A stretch of DNA of 64,000 nucleotides, taken from the NCBI GenBank assembly GCA_963713675.1, contig CAVQMV010000013.1, positions 2,375 through 66,374 on the forward strand. The letters run 5' to 3'. The position numbers and the translations under genes were made by a program. The notes under the pieces were generated by a model. The model was not told the origin of the DNA, searched no databases, and was given only the letters and a program-made list of their open reading frames with translations. This DNA is from an uncultured Acidobacteriota bacterium (GTDB lineage: Bacteria; Acidobacteriota; Terriglobia; Terriglobales; Acidobacteriaceae). This document shows positions 14,894-24,653 of this stretch, in pieces (position 1 is the stretch's first letter; each line of letters opens with the position of its first letter).

Positions 14894-15478
14894 TCAGTGG
14901 GCGGGCTGGGACTTGGGAATGGCAGCGAAGGTTAGGTCCTGAGCGGTGCTCGCGTGTTCTTCGCGCCAGGCCTCGAAGAGGCGCCCGTAGCTGAGAGTCA
15001 CGTACTGGGCGGGGTCGACGCCGAGCCGGGCCGCGGTGCGGTCGATCCAGGCGGAAGAGCCCTCCAGCTCCGCGTAATCGCCGATTGGAGTCTCGTCGAT
15101 GACGCAGTGGCCTTCGCCGTCGGTCCACTCGGTGCGCCATTTCTCATAACGAAACGCAGCAACTAATCCAAGACTAAGAAAATACTCGGCGAGCGCGTCA
15201 CCGTCTGCGATGCCGGTCTCGGTTTCGACGCGGTGCTTGTGCAGGTCTTCGCCCAAGCCGGAACTCGGCAGGCCCTTGTGGGTCAGCGTCCAGCGGCCTG
15301 CGTAGCTGCGGATGCGGAGAATCTCGGTGCGCGCGCGCATTTGCCGGTCCGGCGTGTCGTAGAGCACGTTGCTCTCGAAGCTGCGCGGAGTTTCGAGGCG
15401 GAATTTCGCCGATTGGAGTTGCTGGGCCAGTGCGGCGAGGCCGGCGACACGAAACTTGATTTCGGTTTCAATCGGCAT
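14894..15478 (-). CDS. CYTH-domain protein (class IV adenylate cyclase-like)
   Basis: ETEIKF (ExExK), LRIR, LTHKG, YEKWRTEW, DETPIGDYAELEG; start moved to ATG 15478. Confidence 0.9.
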   Translation of the reverse strand: MPIETEIKFRVAGLAALAQQLQSAKFRLETPRSFESNVLYDTPDRQMRARTEILRIRSYAGRWTLTHKGLPSSGLGEDLHKHRVETETGIADGDALAEYFLSLGLVAAFRYEKWRTEWTDGEGHCVIDETPIGDYAELEGSSAWIDRTAARLGVDPAQYVTLSYGRLFEAWREEHASTAQDLTFAAIPKSQPAH

Positions 15479-15531
15479 GCGATGAATGAAGTATAAGCGT
15501 GCGGTGGGCCGTCGGCCGCTCACTCTGCGCC

Positions 15532-16017
15532 CTACGGCACAAGCCGTATCGCGGCGGGATGGTAATGCAACGTGACCGCGGCCCCGTGGCCTAGGCCGGC
15601 AATTGGCTCGGCGATGGCTTCGACAATCGTGGGAGGCTGAAAGTGGTCGGGCTTGGTGGCCGGGTCGGGAATGTAGAGCAACGCTTTGTAAAGCCGCTCT
15701 CCGAAGCCGACCTGCGCCGCGCTCAGGTAGAAATTTTCTGCGGGCATCAGATCGGTCCACTCGACGGAGCTGAGAAAAAACTCAGGCCCCAGGATTTGCA
15801 CGCGCCAGGGCGCCACGTCCAGATTCAGCGTGGCGGCGAGGAAGTTGCCGGAGAAGTACGCATCCAGATCGAGCCCTCGCGCGGCAAAGAATGGCAACTG
15901 CATGCGGATGGTGCCCATGGGAAAGCGCGTGTCGGCGGTGGATTGGCCGGAGGCAACTCCGTGGCCGCAGGCGATGACAGCCGAAACCTGGCGGAGTGCG
16001 GAAGATGCGTCGGGCAT
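15532..16017 (-). CDS. hypothetical protein with possible RibK-like (CTP-dependent riboflavin kinase) fold
   Basis: 161 aa from ATG 16017; GHGVASG..., LPFF..RGLDL..Y..., ATLNLD pattern. Confidence 0.6.
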   Translation of the reverse strand: MPDASSALRQVSAVIACGHGVASGQSTADTRFPMGTIRMQLPFFAARGLDLDAYFSGNFLAATLNLDVAPWRVQILGPEFFLSSVEWTDLMPAENFYLSAAQVGFGERLYKALLYIPDPATKPDHFQPPTIVEAIAEPIAGLGHGAAVTLHYHPAAIRLVP

Positions 16018-16091
16018 GGCAGAAATCTTACCGCAAGGCGCCTGGCGCGCGACGGCTGGTGCGGGCCGCGCGGAACGGCGACAATAAACAG

Positions 16092-17150
16092 GTGAAGACA
16101 CTGCATTTGATCGTAGATCCAGTACGCCTGGAAACGCGTGAGGCCGGCGAATCGCTGGATCGGGCCGCGGCGATTTTGCGCGCCGGTGGATTGGTAGCGC
16201 TGCCGACCGAAACGGTATACGGTCTGGGAGCGAACGCGCTCGACCGGGCAGCCGTGGAACGCATCTTTGCCGCCAAGTCGCGGCCGGCATGGGATCCAAT
16301 CATTGTGCACATTGCTTCAGAAGCGATGCTCGAGGACTTGGTGGAGGAAGTTCCGGCGGCGGCACGGCGGCTGATGGAGAAATTCTGGCCGGGGCCGCTG
16401 ACGCTTTTGCTGCGCCGCAGGCCGGCGGTGCCGGGCGTGGTGACCGCGGGCCGGCCGCTGGTGGGAGTGCGCGTACCTTCACATCCAGTCGCGCTGGAGT
16501 TGATTCGTCGCGCCGGCGTTCCCGTGGCGGCGCCAAGCGCCAACCGCTTCGGGCACATCAGCCCCACGACGGCCGAGCATGTTCTGGACGATCTCGACGG
16601 GCGGATTGATGCGGTGGTGGATGCGGGACCGTCGCAACGCGGCGTCGAGTCCACGGTTTTCGACCCGTCGACAATGGTGATCTACCGGCCGGGCGCGGTG
16701 ACGGCAGAGCAGATTCGCGCAGTGGCTGGGCCGGTGGAGATGTATCGAAGCACGGAAACGCTGCGCGACACTCCCGCGGAAGCGCTACCCTCGCCGGGCG
16801 TGGGTATCCGCCACTACGCACCGCGGGCGCGGCTGGTGCTGGTGGACGCGCCGCTGGAAGAACTCGGAACGCGGCTCGCAGAGATCGCGCGCGGAATTCA
16901 TGGCGAGAGGATCGGCGTGATGCTGCCGGACGGCGTGAATGTTTCGGAAAGGCTTGCGGAATGCCGCGTCTTTGCGTGGGGCGCATGGTCGAGACCTGAC
17001 GAGATGGCGCACGATCTCTATGCGGGACTTCGATCACTTGATCAGCAAGGGTGCACGGTGATTCTTTGCCCGTTGCCCGCGGCGAAGGGGATTGGCGCGG
17101 CGATTCGAGATCGACTGAATAAGGCGGGGACGAAGGCAACGAGAGAATAA
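16092..17150 (+). CDS. tsaC: L-threonylcarbamoyladenylate synthase Sua5/TsaC with C-terminal Sua5 domain
   Basis: LVALPTETVYGLGA, AKSRP..DPIIVH, APSANRFG, ESTV, SPG..RHYAP, AIRDRL; start at GTG 16092. Confidence 0.92.
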   Translation: MKTLHLIVDPVRLETREAGESLDRAAAILRAGGLVALPTETVYGLGANALDRAAVERIFAAKSRPAWDPIIVHIASEAMLEDLVEEVPAAARRLMEKFWPGPLTLLLRRRPAVPGVVTAGRPLVGVRVPSHPVALELIRRAGVPVAAPSANRFGHISPTTAEHVLDDLDGRIDAVVDAGPSQRGVESTVFDPSTMVIYRPGAVTAEQIRAVAGPVEMYRSTETLRDTPAEALPSPGVGIRHYAPRARLVLVDAPLEELGTRLAEIARGIHGERIGVMLPDGVNVSERLAECRVFAWGAWSRPDEMAHDLYAGLRSLDQQGCTVILCPLPAAKGIGAAIRDRLNKAGTKATRE

Positions 17151-17214
17151 GGTGTGAGTGTGAGTGTGAACTGGCCACTGATTACCCACACCCACACTCG
17201 CACTCACACCATCA

Positions 17215-17568
17215 TCATCCGTTGTCACCGAGCTTATACATGTACTTGATGGCGGATTTATAGATGAGGGTCCTGGTGCGGCCGCGGACCTTGATGGAGT
17301 TGCGGTCGTACCAGTCGATGCAACCGTCGATGCGCTCGCCGTCCTCGAGCACGATGACCATGGGCGTCTGCGACTGGATTTGCTTTTGCAGATAGAAGAG
17401 CTCGGCGTGGCGGTTGGGCGCGTCAATTTCGGTGGTATGCGCAGGAAAACGGTAGGGAAGCGGCGCGGAAAAGTTCTTGCGATTATGTGTGGGAAGGCGG
17501 CCAGGCTCGAAGCCTCGGGCTGGCGGCAGAACTGAGTGGATACTCACGGGGAACGACCCTCCCTTCAA
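17215..17568 (-). CDS. divergent Hfq-like Sm-fold protein
   Basis: Sm1-like PMVIVLEDGERIDGCIDWYD and Sm2-like TLIYKSAIKY; start uncertain. Confidence 0.75.
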   Translation of the reverse strand: MKGGSFPVSIHSVLPPARGFEPGRLPTHNRKNFSAPLPYRFPAHTTEIDAPNRHAELFYLQKQIQSQTPMVIVLEDGERIDGCIDWYDRNSIKVRGRTRTLIYKSAIKYMYKLGDNG

Positions 17569-17933
17569 AGAAGAACCAAAACGGCAAAGCCAGGCTCAGC
17601 GTGCTCCGAACATCCCGAAAGAACCCGCGCGCCCACCCCTCCATGCGACGCCAGCCTAAGAACCGCAGCTGCGCGGAGGCATCTTTTTCCCACTTGAAAG
17701 AAGCAGACGTACGTTCCGTATTGGCGGAAAACGGCGACCCGCCGTCCTTCTCTTCGTGGGAGTGCTCTTATCTGAAAAGATGCCTGGAGCCGATGTGGGG
17801 TTGCACCTATATTCTGCGTGGATTGTTGTGGCGCGTCAAGGGGCAAGGTAGGGAACAGGGAGTAGGGAATAGCCGATAGGGAAAAGCTGATAGCGAGCGG
17901 TCATTAGGGCGCTGTCTTTCTACTCCCTATTCC

Positions 17934-19037
17934 CTATTGGCTAATCCCTAAACTTACGGCCATGGCGTCCAGCGAGAGGGAGCGGAGCAGGTTTCGGCGC
18001 ATGCCTTGCTCCACCTGGACGAGGGCGCGGGCGGCGCCGTCGATCCAATCCACGGAAAGGCCTTCGGCGAGGCGGGCGATCTCGGCGGCCAGATCGACAT
18101 TGCGGATGAGCGCAGGGGTGCCGGCCACGACGAGCAGCATATCTTCCAGGAGGCTGCCGAGGGCACGGAGCAGATTGACGGTCTTCTCCTGCCCTTCGGC
18201 GCCGGCGCGGTAGGATTCCGTGGCGTGGAAGAGGTCGGAGTAGTCGGGCTCCCGTAGTGCGGTGCGCAGAATGACAAGAGCATCCTGACGGCCGGCGAGG
18301 TATACGTCGAGATCGAGTGCGAGGGCGCGGCCCACTGCGCCCTGGGCGAGGCGTGCGGCCAGGGTGCGCTGCTGCGGCCTGAGCTCTGGGCGGCGCTGAG
18401 CGAGAAGGGTCTCGAGATCGGCCGCGGGTAACGCGCCAAGGCGATGGATAACGGCGCGCGAGCGCGTGGTGGGCAGCAGTTCCTGCGGATTCTCGGTGAG
18501 CAGGATGAGCGTGGTGTGCTCCGGCGGCTCTTCGAGGAGCTTGAGAAGGCTGTTCGCGGCCTCCTTCATAAACGCCGATGAGGTGAAGATGGTGAAGGCG
18601 CGCTTGGCTTCGGCCGGCTGCCGGTAATACGCCATGTGAATGGCTTGGCGCACTTGGCCGAGCTTGATCATGAGCTGCGGCGGGTCGGGCGGAACGACAA
18701 GGATGTCGGGATGGGTCTGCACGAAGATGCGGGTCTCGCGCTTGTCGGTGTCGCGCATGTCGTCGCGGGCGGCGACGGCTTCGGCGACGAGCGCGTCGAG
18801 GTTGGCGGAGGCGGCGATGCGCGTGCAATTGCGGCAAACTCCGCAGAAGTCAGGCAGGCCATCGGATTCTGTGGGATTGAGGCAGTTGACGGCCTGGGCC
18901 AGCATGAGGGCGAGCGTGTATTTGCCCGCGCCGCGCGGCCCGGCGAGGATCATGGAGTGGGGAAAACGGCCGGCGCGCACGCTTTCGCGGAGGTGCGTGA
19001 CGGTGGCCGTGTTGCCGAGGAAATCTTGAAAGCCCAC
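17934..19037 (-). CDS. holB: DNA polymerase III subunit delta'
   Basis: ILAGPRGAGK, C..FCGVCRNC zinc module, HPD, AANSLLKLLEEPP, LLPTTRSR. Confidence 0.92.
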   Translation of the reverse strand: MGFQDFLGNTATVTHLRESVRAGRFPHSMILAGPRGAGKYTLALMLAQAVNCLNPTESDGLPDFCGVCRNCTRIAASANLDALVAEAVAARDDMRDTDKRETRIFVQTHPDILVVPPDPPQLMIKLGQVRQAIHMAYYRQPAEAKRAFTIFTSSAFMKEAANSLLKLLEEPPEHTTLILLTENPQELLPTTRSRAVIHRLGALPAADLETLLAQRRPELRPQQRTLAARLAQGAVGRALALDLDVYLAGRQDALVILRTALREPDYSDLFHATESYRAGAEGQEKTVNLLRALGSLLEDMLLVVAGTPALIRNVDLAAEIARLAEGLSVDWIDGAARALVQVEQGMRRNLLRSLSLDAMAVSLGISQ

Positions 19038-19210
19038 GGAAGAAGCTTAACAGGGAGCGAGGGAGAGGGTCGGCAAGTCAGCGAGTCAGCGAACTTCGCC
19101 CTGGCCAGGCAGAGCCGCGGCGCACGGCGCGGGCTTTAGAATGCACTTCTGGAAGTTTCGCGATTTTCGGGAGCGCGGGGCGAGCGCGAACGAGTGGGGG
19201 CGAAAGGCGC

Positions 19211-19831
19211 ATGGGACGGTTGAGGAACGAGAGCTTTGGTTTGTCGGCGGCGGATTTGCGGACCTTGCGCGCGCTGAAGACGCCGGCGCGGATCCAGAAA
19301 TTCATTGACGCGCTTACGTACCAGTACGCGGACACGGCTGGCTCGCCGCGGCGCGTGCTCCTTGAACGTAAAGGCCATTGCCTGGAGGGGGCGCTGCTGG
19401 CGGCCGCGGCGTTGCGCGTTGGTGGGCATCCGCCGCTGGTGATGGATCTCGAGAGCGTGCATGACGACGACCACGTGGTGGCCCTCTTCCGCGAACGAGG
19501 GCTGTGGGGCGGCATTGCCAAGTCAAACTTTGCCGGGCTGCGCTTTCGCCCGCCGGTTTACCGTTCGCTGCGCGAACTGGCGCTGAGCTACTTTGCGAGC
19601 TACTACAATTTGCGCGGCGAATACACGTTGCGCGCCTACTCGCGGGCCGTGAACCTGGCGCGTTTGGACCGCTGCCACTGGATGACCGCCGAAGAAGACG
19701 TGTGGTGCGTGGCGGAGGCACTGATTGCGGCGCGGCACTACGCGCTCGTCCCCGACAAGGTGACGCGGGCGCTGCCGCGGCTCGACCGCCGCAGCTTTGA
19801 GGCGGGGATGCACGGGCGGGTGATGCACTGA
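19211..19831 (+). CDS. conserved hypothetical protein, possible transglutaminase/papain-like fold
   Basis: GHCLEGALLAAA and DDDHVVALF give candidate Cys and His catalytic residues. Confidence 0.7.
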   Translation: MGRLRNESFGLSAADLRTLRALKTPARIQKFIDALTYQYADTAGSPRRVLLERKGHCLEGALLAAAALRVGGHPPLVMDLESVHDDDHVVALFRERGLWGGIAKSNFAGLRFRPPVYRSLRELALSYFASYYNLRGEYTLRAYSRAVNLARLDRCHWMTAEEDVWCVAEALIAARHYALVPDKVTRALPRLDRRSFEAGMHGRVMH

Positions 19832-19873
19832 AAAAACAGCGAGTCATCGAGTCGGCGCATCCCGGCCGATGCA

Positions 19874-20134
19874 TTCGTGCTGTCCCACCCTAAAGTCCGC
19901 CGCGCGGCGGCGAACTTTAGGATGGGGCACCCGGCCGGGATGCACGGGCGGGTGATGCATTGATAAGGCAGCGGAGTTGACGGAGTTGGAACGCCCCCCG
20001 CGCGATGCGTTCGTGCTATCCCACCCTAAAGCTCGCCGCGGCGCGGCGAACTTTAGGATGGGGCACCCGGCATAACGGCGAACTCCAGGACGGTGCACCC
20101 GGCATAACGGCGAACTCCAGGACGGTGCACCCGG
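19874..20134. repeat. BIME-like mosaic of REP-like palindromes
   Basis: Two full copies (19874-19932, 20010-20068), two tandem 32-bp degenerate right halves (20071-20102, 20103-20134) and a 23-bp duplicate of the upstream gene end. Confidence 0.8.
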
Positions 20135-20719
20135 AATGCGCCGGCGGTCTTATCTTCGCCGATGTCGATAGGCCTATCCCCCGCCCCCTAGCCCCCCTCC
20201 CGGATTTTTCGCGCAAAGTTGTCAAAGGCGGCCGGTTGCACCGCGGCACCGCCATAATGCCCCTCGATTGAGGCGGTCCGGGGCAAAATTCTCATGGCAA
20301 AGGGGTTGTGGTATGCCCCACGACCCTTCGCGGACTTCTTGTCCCAAAATGCGAACGCGGCGAACCTCTGTCCGCCGCGACGACGCCCACCGGACCGGAG
20401 GCCGCTTCTCTGCTGCCAAGACCAGTATGCGCCAGTCGAGGAAATAACCCGCACGGCCCGGCTGGAAAATTCTACGTGCTTTATAGGGTTTGAGATCAGC
20501 GGGTTAGGGGATTTCTGGGTGCGCTGGTTGAAGGTCTTGCGCTTGACAGCGACGGGGAGCAAGCCATCCCAGCGAGCGCAAACCGCTCGCTGGGGAACCC
20601 GGCAGGGAGCAAGAGCGCGATGGGAGCGAGGGAGCAGGAAAGACGGGGGACCGGGACGAGCGACCCAAGGGCCGTCTGGGAATGGGTCGGGGCAGCAGGC
20701 GGTAAATGCCGCGAAACGT

Positions 20720-20778
20720 GTCAACGACGCTTGACAAGTATTCGCGAGCGATGTAATGTTTACTTGTCATTTAGTAAA
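20720..20778 (+). promoter_or_regulatory. sigma70-like promoter overlapped by operator palindromes
   Basis: TTGACA (20731) -17 bp- TAATGT; TGACAAGTA-N20-TACTTGTCA and TTTACT-N8-AGTAAA inverted repeats. Confidence 0.65.
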
Positions 20779-20789
20779 GGGGACTTACT

Positions 20790-21194
20790 ATGTTCTGTTC
20801 AAGCAAGAATCCGGCGGTGCGCCGGTTTGCACGTTCGTGCTGGATGAGCGCTGGGTTGGTCGTAGTTCTCGCGGTGGCTGCTGCCGCGGTGTTTCGCCTT
20901 TGGCATTTGAAGGGCTTGCTGGCTTATCCGGTGGCTATTCTGCCCGCGCTTCCGATTTTGTGGGTGCTGATCGAGACGGGGCGGTTCCTGGCTGTCGAAA
21001 AAGACGAGTTCCAGCGCAATTTGCTGGTGCAGTGCCTGCTGGGCGGCATCGGCGGAACTCTGGCAACGACCACCGCATGGGGCTATCTGGAGGCGTTCGT
21101 GCATGTGCCGCACCTGCCAGCGATGTGGATCTACCCGATCTTCTGGCTCTTTGTGGTCATCGCCATGCCGGTGGTGAAGGCGAGATACAGATGA
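20790..21194 (+). CDS. multi-TM membrane protein (paralog of next gene)
   Basis: EKDEFQR.L.VQ..L.G.G.T, HVPH and terminal RYR shared with 21253-21663. Confidence 0.8.
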   Translation: MFCSSKNPAVRRFARSCWMSAGLVVVLAVAAAAVFRLWHLKGLLAYPVAILPALPILWVLIETGRFLAVEKDEFQRNLLVQCLLGGIGGTLATTTAWGYLEAFVHVPHLPAMWIYPIFWLFVVIAMPVVKARYR

Positions 21195-21252
21195 CGGCCG
21201 CGATCGCGTCGAATCGGCAATCCGACATTTTCAATCTGCAAAGGAATCCGTT

Positions 21253-21663
21253 ATGAGCCCATATGTCAGCAGTCCTGCAAGGTATCGATTCGAAGACCGT
21301 TTTCTCTTCTTCATCCTGCCGTTGATGTTACTTGTGGTGATGATGAAAGTTGGTTTGGACCACTTCCATATCCATCCAGCGGGAGTTTGGGCCGTTCTCT
21401 GCGCCGCGGTGGCGTCGTCGCCGTTTATCGCCATGATATTCAGCGTCGGGTTTTATCTGGCGGAAGAGAAGGATGAGTTTCAAAGAACTCTTTTTGTGCA
21501 AGCGATTCTTTGGGGCTTTGGCGTGACCGCGTGCGTGGCTGTCTTTTGGTTCATGCTCGGGACGTTCATCCATGTTCCGCACATGAATTTCGTTTTGGGC
21601 GAGATTTTGTTCCTTGCAGGGATGACGGTTTCAGGGGCAGTGTCGCGCTGGAGGTACAGATGA
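21253..21663 (+). CDS. multi-TM membrane protein (paralog of previous gene)
   Basis: Same EKDEFQR/HVPH/RYR motifs; ATGA overlap with the downstream HTH gene. Confidence 0.8.
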   Translation: MSPYVSSPARYRFEDRFLFFILPLMLLVVMMKVGLDHFHIHPAGVWAVLCAAVASSPFIAMIFSVGFYLAEEKDEFQRTLFVQAILWGFGVTACVAVFWFMLGTFIHVPHMNFVLGEILFLAGMTVSGAVSRWRYR

Positions 21664-21857
21664 AGAACCGCCTGAAGGTACTGCGCGCGGAGCGGGACTG
21701 GTCGCAGGCGGACCTGGCGGTGCGGCTGGAAGTTTCGCGGCAATGTGTCAACGCGATCGAGACGGGGAAGTTCGATCCCAGCTTGCCGCTGGCGTTCAAG
21801 CTGGCGCGGCTGTTTGGGATGAGGATTGAGGAGATTTTCGAGGACAGTGATCAGTGA
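21660..21857 (+). CDS. XRE/Cro-family HTH transcriptional regulator
   Basis: MKNRLKVLRAERDWSQADLA..LEVSRQ.VNAIETGKFDPSLPLAFKLARLF. Confidence 0.92.
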   Translation: MKNRLKVLRAERDWSQADLAVRLEVSRQCVNAIETGKFDPSLPLAFKLARLFGMRIEEIFEDSDQ

Positions 21858-22084
21858 TCAGTGGTCAGTGAGGGTTAGTGGTCAGTGATCAGTGATCAGT
21901 GGCCAGTGGATCAGTGGTCACGTGGTCAGAGAGCGATTGTGCGATCCACCCATATCGTTCGCCCGGGGCGAACGATAATGGATGGGGCACCCGACAAAAA
22001 TCAGAGCCGCAGGTCCTTCGACTCGTCCCGGCGCGCCGGGACTCGCTCAGGGTGACATCAGATTTTTACCGCTCAGGATGACAG
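21846..22084. repeat. heptamer tandem array (TCAGTGA/TCAGTGG) plus two REP-like elements
   Basis: Heptamers 21846-21928; GGGGCACCC-family palindrome 21944-21992; GGTCCTTCGACTCG..CTCGCTCAGG(G/A)TGACA-type element 22009-22084. Confidence 0.75.
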
Positions 22085-22101
22085 CGCAGAGGGTGGCAGT
22101 G

Positions 22102-23448
22102 TCACTTGCCGGTGTAGATCACATGCCAGATCGACCGTGAGCCGTCGTCGGAGACGAAGAGCGAGCCGTCTTGGCTACGGCGACGCCTACCGGCCGGCCC
22201 CAGACATCGCCGTCGCCTGGCCTACGAAGCCGGTGAGGAAGTCCTCGTACTCGCCGGTGGCGTGGCCGTTGTGCATGGGCAGGCGGATGACCTCGTAGCC
22301 GGCGCGCTGGGCGCGGTTCCAGGAGCCGTGCTCGGCGGCGAAGCCGTCGCCTTTGTACTTGGCGGGGAACTGCGAGCCCTCGTAGAAGATCATCTCCAGC
22401 GAGGCGAAGTGGGATTCACGAGAATGTCGGGCGTAATGACCTTTGACTTGAGCTCGGGATGCTTGCCTGCGTGGCGCGGGTCCTGCTGACCGCCGCCTGC
22501 GCCCATGTACCACCAGGGCCAGCCGTAGAAGCCGTCTTCCTGGACGTGGGTGATGTAGTCGGGCACGAGGTTGTTGCCCAGGGCGTCGCGCTCGTTGGTC
22601 GAGCACCACAGCTCGCCGGTGGTGGGATTGATGGCCTCGCCCACGCAGTTGCGCAGGCCGCAGGCGTAGACCTTGAGGAACTTGCCCTCGGGCGTGAACT
22701 CGAGCACATCGGCGCGGTGGAATTCCTCGGGATGGGTGTCGGCGTCGTCGACATTGGAGTGCGAACCGACCGAGGCGAAAGAGTTTGGTGCCGTCCTGCG
22801 AGAAGACCAGGTCGCGCGTCCAGTGGCCGCCGCCGCGCAGCCGTCCGCCGCCGGGCAGGTCGGCGAGGTGCTCCATCGGGGCCGCTCGCCTTCAGGTCGC
22901 CGTTCTTATACGGGAAGCGCACGATGCCGTCGGTGTCGCCGATATAGACCCATGCGGATGCGCGCCGTTGGGATAAAAGGCGATGCCGAAGGGCTGGTGC
23001 AGGCCCTCGGCGAAGACGGAGATTTGTTTCGGCTTGCCGCTCGGCGTCGACGCCGCGGAAGACCTTGATCTTGCCGGATTCGCTCTCGGCCAGGAAGAGG
23101 TCGCCGTTGGGAGCGGAGCGAATGCAGGCGCGGGTTGTCGAGGCCGGTGGCGTAGAGCTCCACTTTGAAGCCCTTGGGCGCGATGGGCCAGGCGTTGGCG
23201 GGGCGGGGAACGATGTTGGGGCCGTTGTCGACGGATTGCTCGGGCGCGGGAGCGGGCAGGTCGGCGACGGTCAGATGGCGGCGGATGCCGGGGGATTCGT
23301 GCGCGGCGTCGGTAAATGCGGCCTGGCCGGTGAGAACGGGAGGTTGCGCGGTTTGCGCTACGGCGACGGCGGGGCTGAGTGCGAGCAGCGCGCAGGCAAG
23401 GATGAAAAGACGATTCGAGAGCGGAGATTTTGGATTCTGGTGCAGCAT
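22102..23448 (-). CDS. PQQ-dependent sugar/sorbosone dehydrogenase family protein, split by several frameshifts
   Basis: Signal peptide, FKVELYATGLDNPR, GLRNCVG, NERDALGNNLVPDYIT, FYGWPW, AAEHGSWNR, IWHVIYTGK stop at 22102; motifs lie in different frames. Confidence 0.85.
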
Positions 23449-23622
23449 CGTTTCATGCAACCTCTCAGGGGATTCGATCTGAAAGAATGCGCGCGGAGAA
23501 CGGGGATGCGCGCGCAACGCTCTATTTCGATGCGCCGGGAGCGGAAAGCGATTTCACGGCCTGTCGCATTCATCCTTTGTTTCTTCACTCCTTCACTTTA
23601 TTCACCTCTTCACTCGCCTTCA

Positions 23623-24579
23623 CTATAGCCCGGTGAAAAAGCTGCCGGGGACCGTGGCCGTGACCACGACGCGCTCGCCGTGCTGCGTGACTTCGGCGGT
23701 TTCAAGCAATTTTGAGGCTGTTGTTGGCGGGGCTGGCGCCGAGCGGCGGGTAAAGCCACGGGCCAGGGTGACGAGCGTGGCCAGATCGGCGGCCTGGCTG
23801 GTGGCCGTCGCTTCAGAGGGCGCAATTTCTTCGACGCGCAGGTGAGGGCCGAGCGAATGCGCGTGCCAGCGCAGGCTGGCGATGATGGTCGAGTCGGGCT
23901 CGAGGGGCAGCGCCAGGCCGAAGATGTGGATGGCGCCGCTCTCGCTGAAGGGAAGGCCGATTTGGCCGACGCCCCAGGCGAGCGAGAGCAAAGGCACGTC
24001 GTGGTAGTGCTGCTGGAGCAGCGTGGAGCCGGAGAGCGGCCAGGCGGCGGTGCGATGGCGGTCGAGGATGGAGTGGATTTTTTCCGTGGTGGGGAAGTTG
24101 GAGGCGGCGATGGTGTCGTAGCCGATTTGCGCGACGCGGACGGTGCGGCCTTCAGAGGGAATGCTGTAGACGGTGTGCCCGGCGTAGGATTCGCGCGAAG
24201 TGGCGTGCGCGTCGAGCCACGCGTTCAAGCGCTGGCCGGTGATTTTGCCGACGAGGACCATGGAGTATGCAACCGGCCCGTTGGGTCCGCTGGGGTCGGG
24301 CATGCGGTGCAGGGCGATGGCCACCTGGTCGAGGTCGCGCTCGGGGTCGATGCCGATGGCGTCAATGAACTCCTGGTATTCGGCGGAGTGCTGGGGCGGC
24401 TTGAGCTCTTTGTGGAGGAAGGTGCGGATGGGCCGGAGATCGATGTAGATGATGCCGTCGGATTCGGGCAGCAGGCGCGCGGCCTCGGGCGGAGCTTTGG
24501 AGCGCAAGAAGACGGCGAGGGCCACCAAAACCAGGAGGGCGGCGACAATCAAAAGCGTTCTGCGCGTGCGTCGGCTCAT
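23623..24579 (-). CDS. hypothetical N-terminally membrane-anchored protein
   Basis: 318 aa, basic N-terminus plus one TM, coding-like codon use. Confidence 0.75.
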   Translation of the reverse strand: MSRRTRRTLLIVAALLVLVALAVFLRSKAPPEAARLLPESDGIIYIDLRPIRTFLHKELKPPQHSAEYQEFIDAIGIDPERDLDQVAIALHRMPDPSGPNGPVAYSMVLVGKITGQRLNAWLDAHATSRESYAGHTVYSIPSEGRTVRVAQIGYDTIAASNFPTTEKIHSILDRHRTAAWPLSGSTLLQQHYHDVPLLSLAWGVGQIGLPFSESGAIHIFGLALPLEPDSTIIASLRWHAHSLGPHLRVEEIAPSEATATSQAADLATLVTLARGFTRRSAPAPPTTASKLLETAEVTQHGERVVVTATVPGSFFTGL

Positions 24580-24653
24580 GCGTTACGGGCGCCCCAGGCC
24601 AGGAATTTCGGGGCGAATCTCGGACATGCATTCAGCATAGCGGACGGGAACCG

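Noticed and set aside
19874-20134. CRISPR array or MITE with terminal inverted repeats
   Set aside because: Irregular spacing, variable cores, no spacers or cas genes; fits a REP/BIME-like mosaic
20294-20734. ORFs in the 20.1-20.75 kb intergenic region
   Set aside because: Low-complexity Arg/Pro/Gly products overlapping repeats and the promoter; no coding signal
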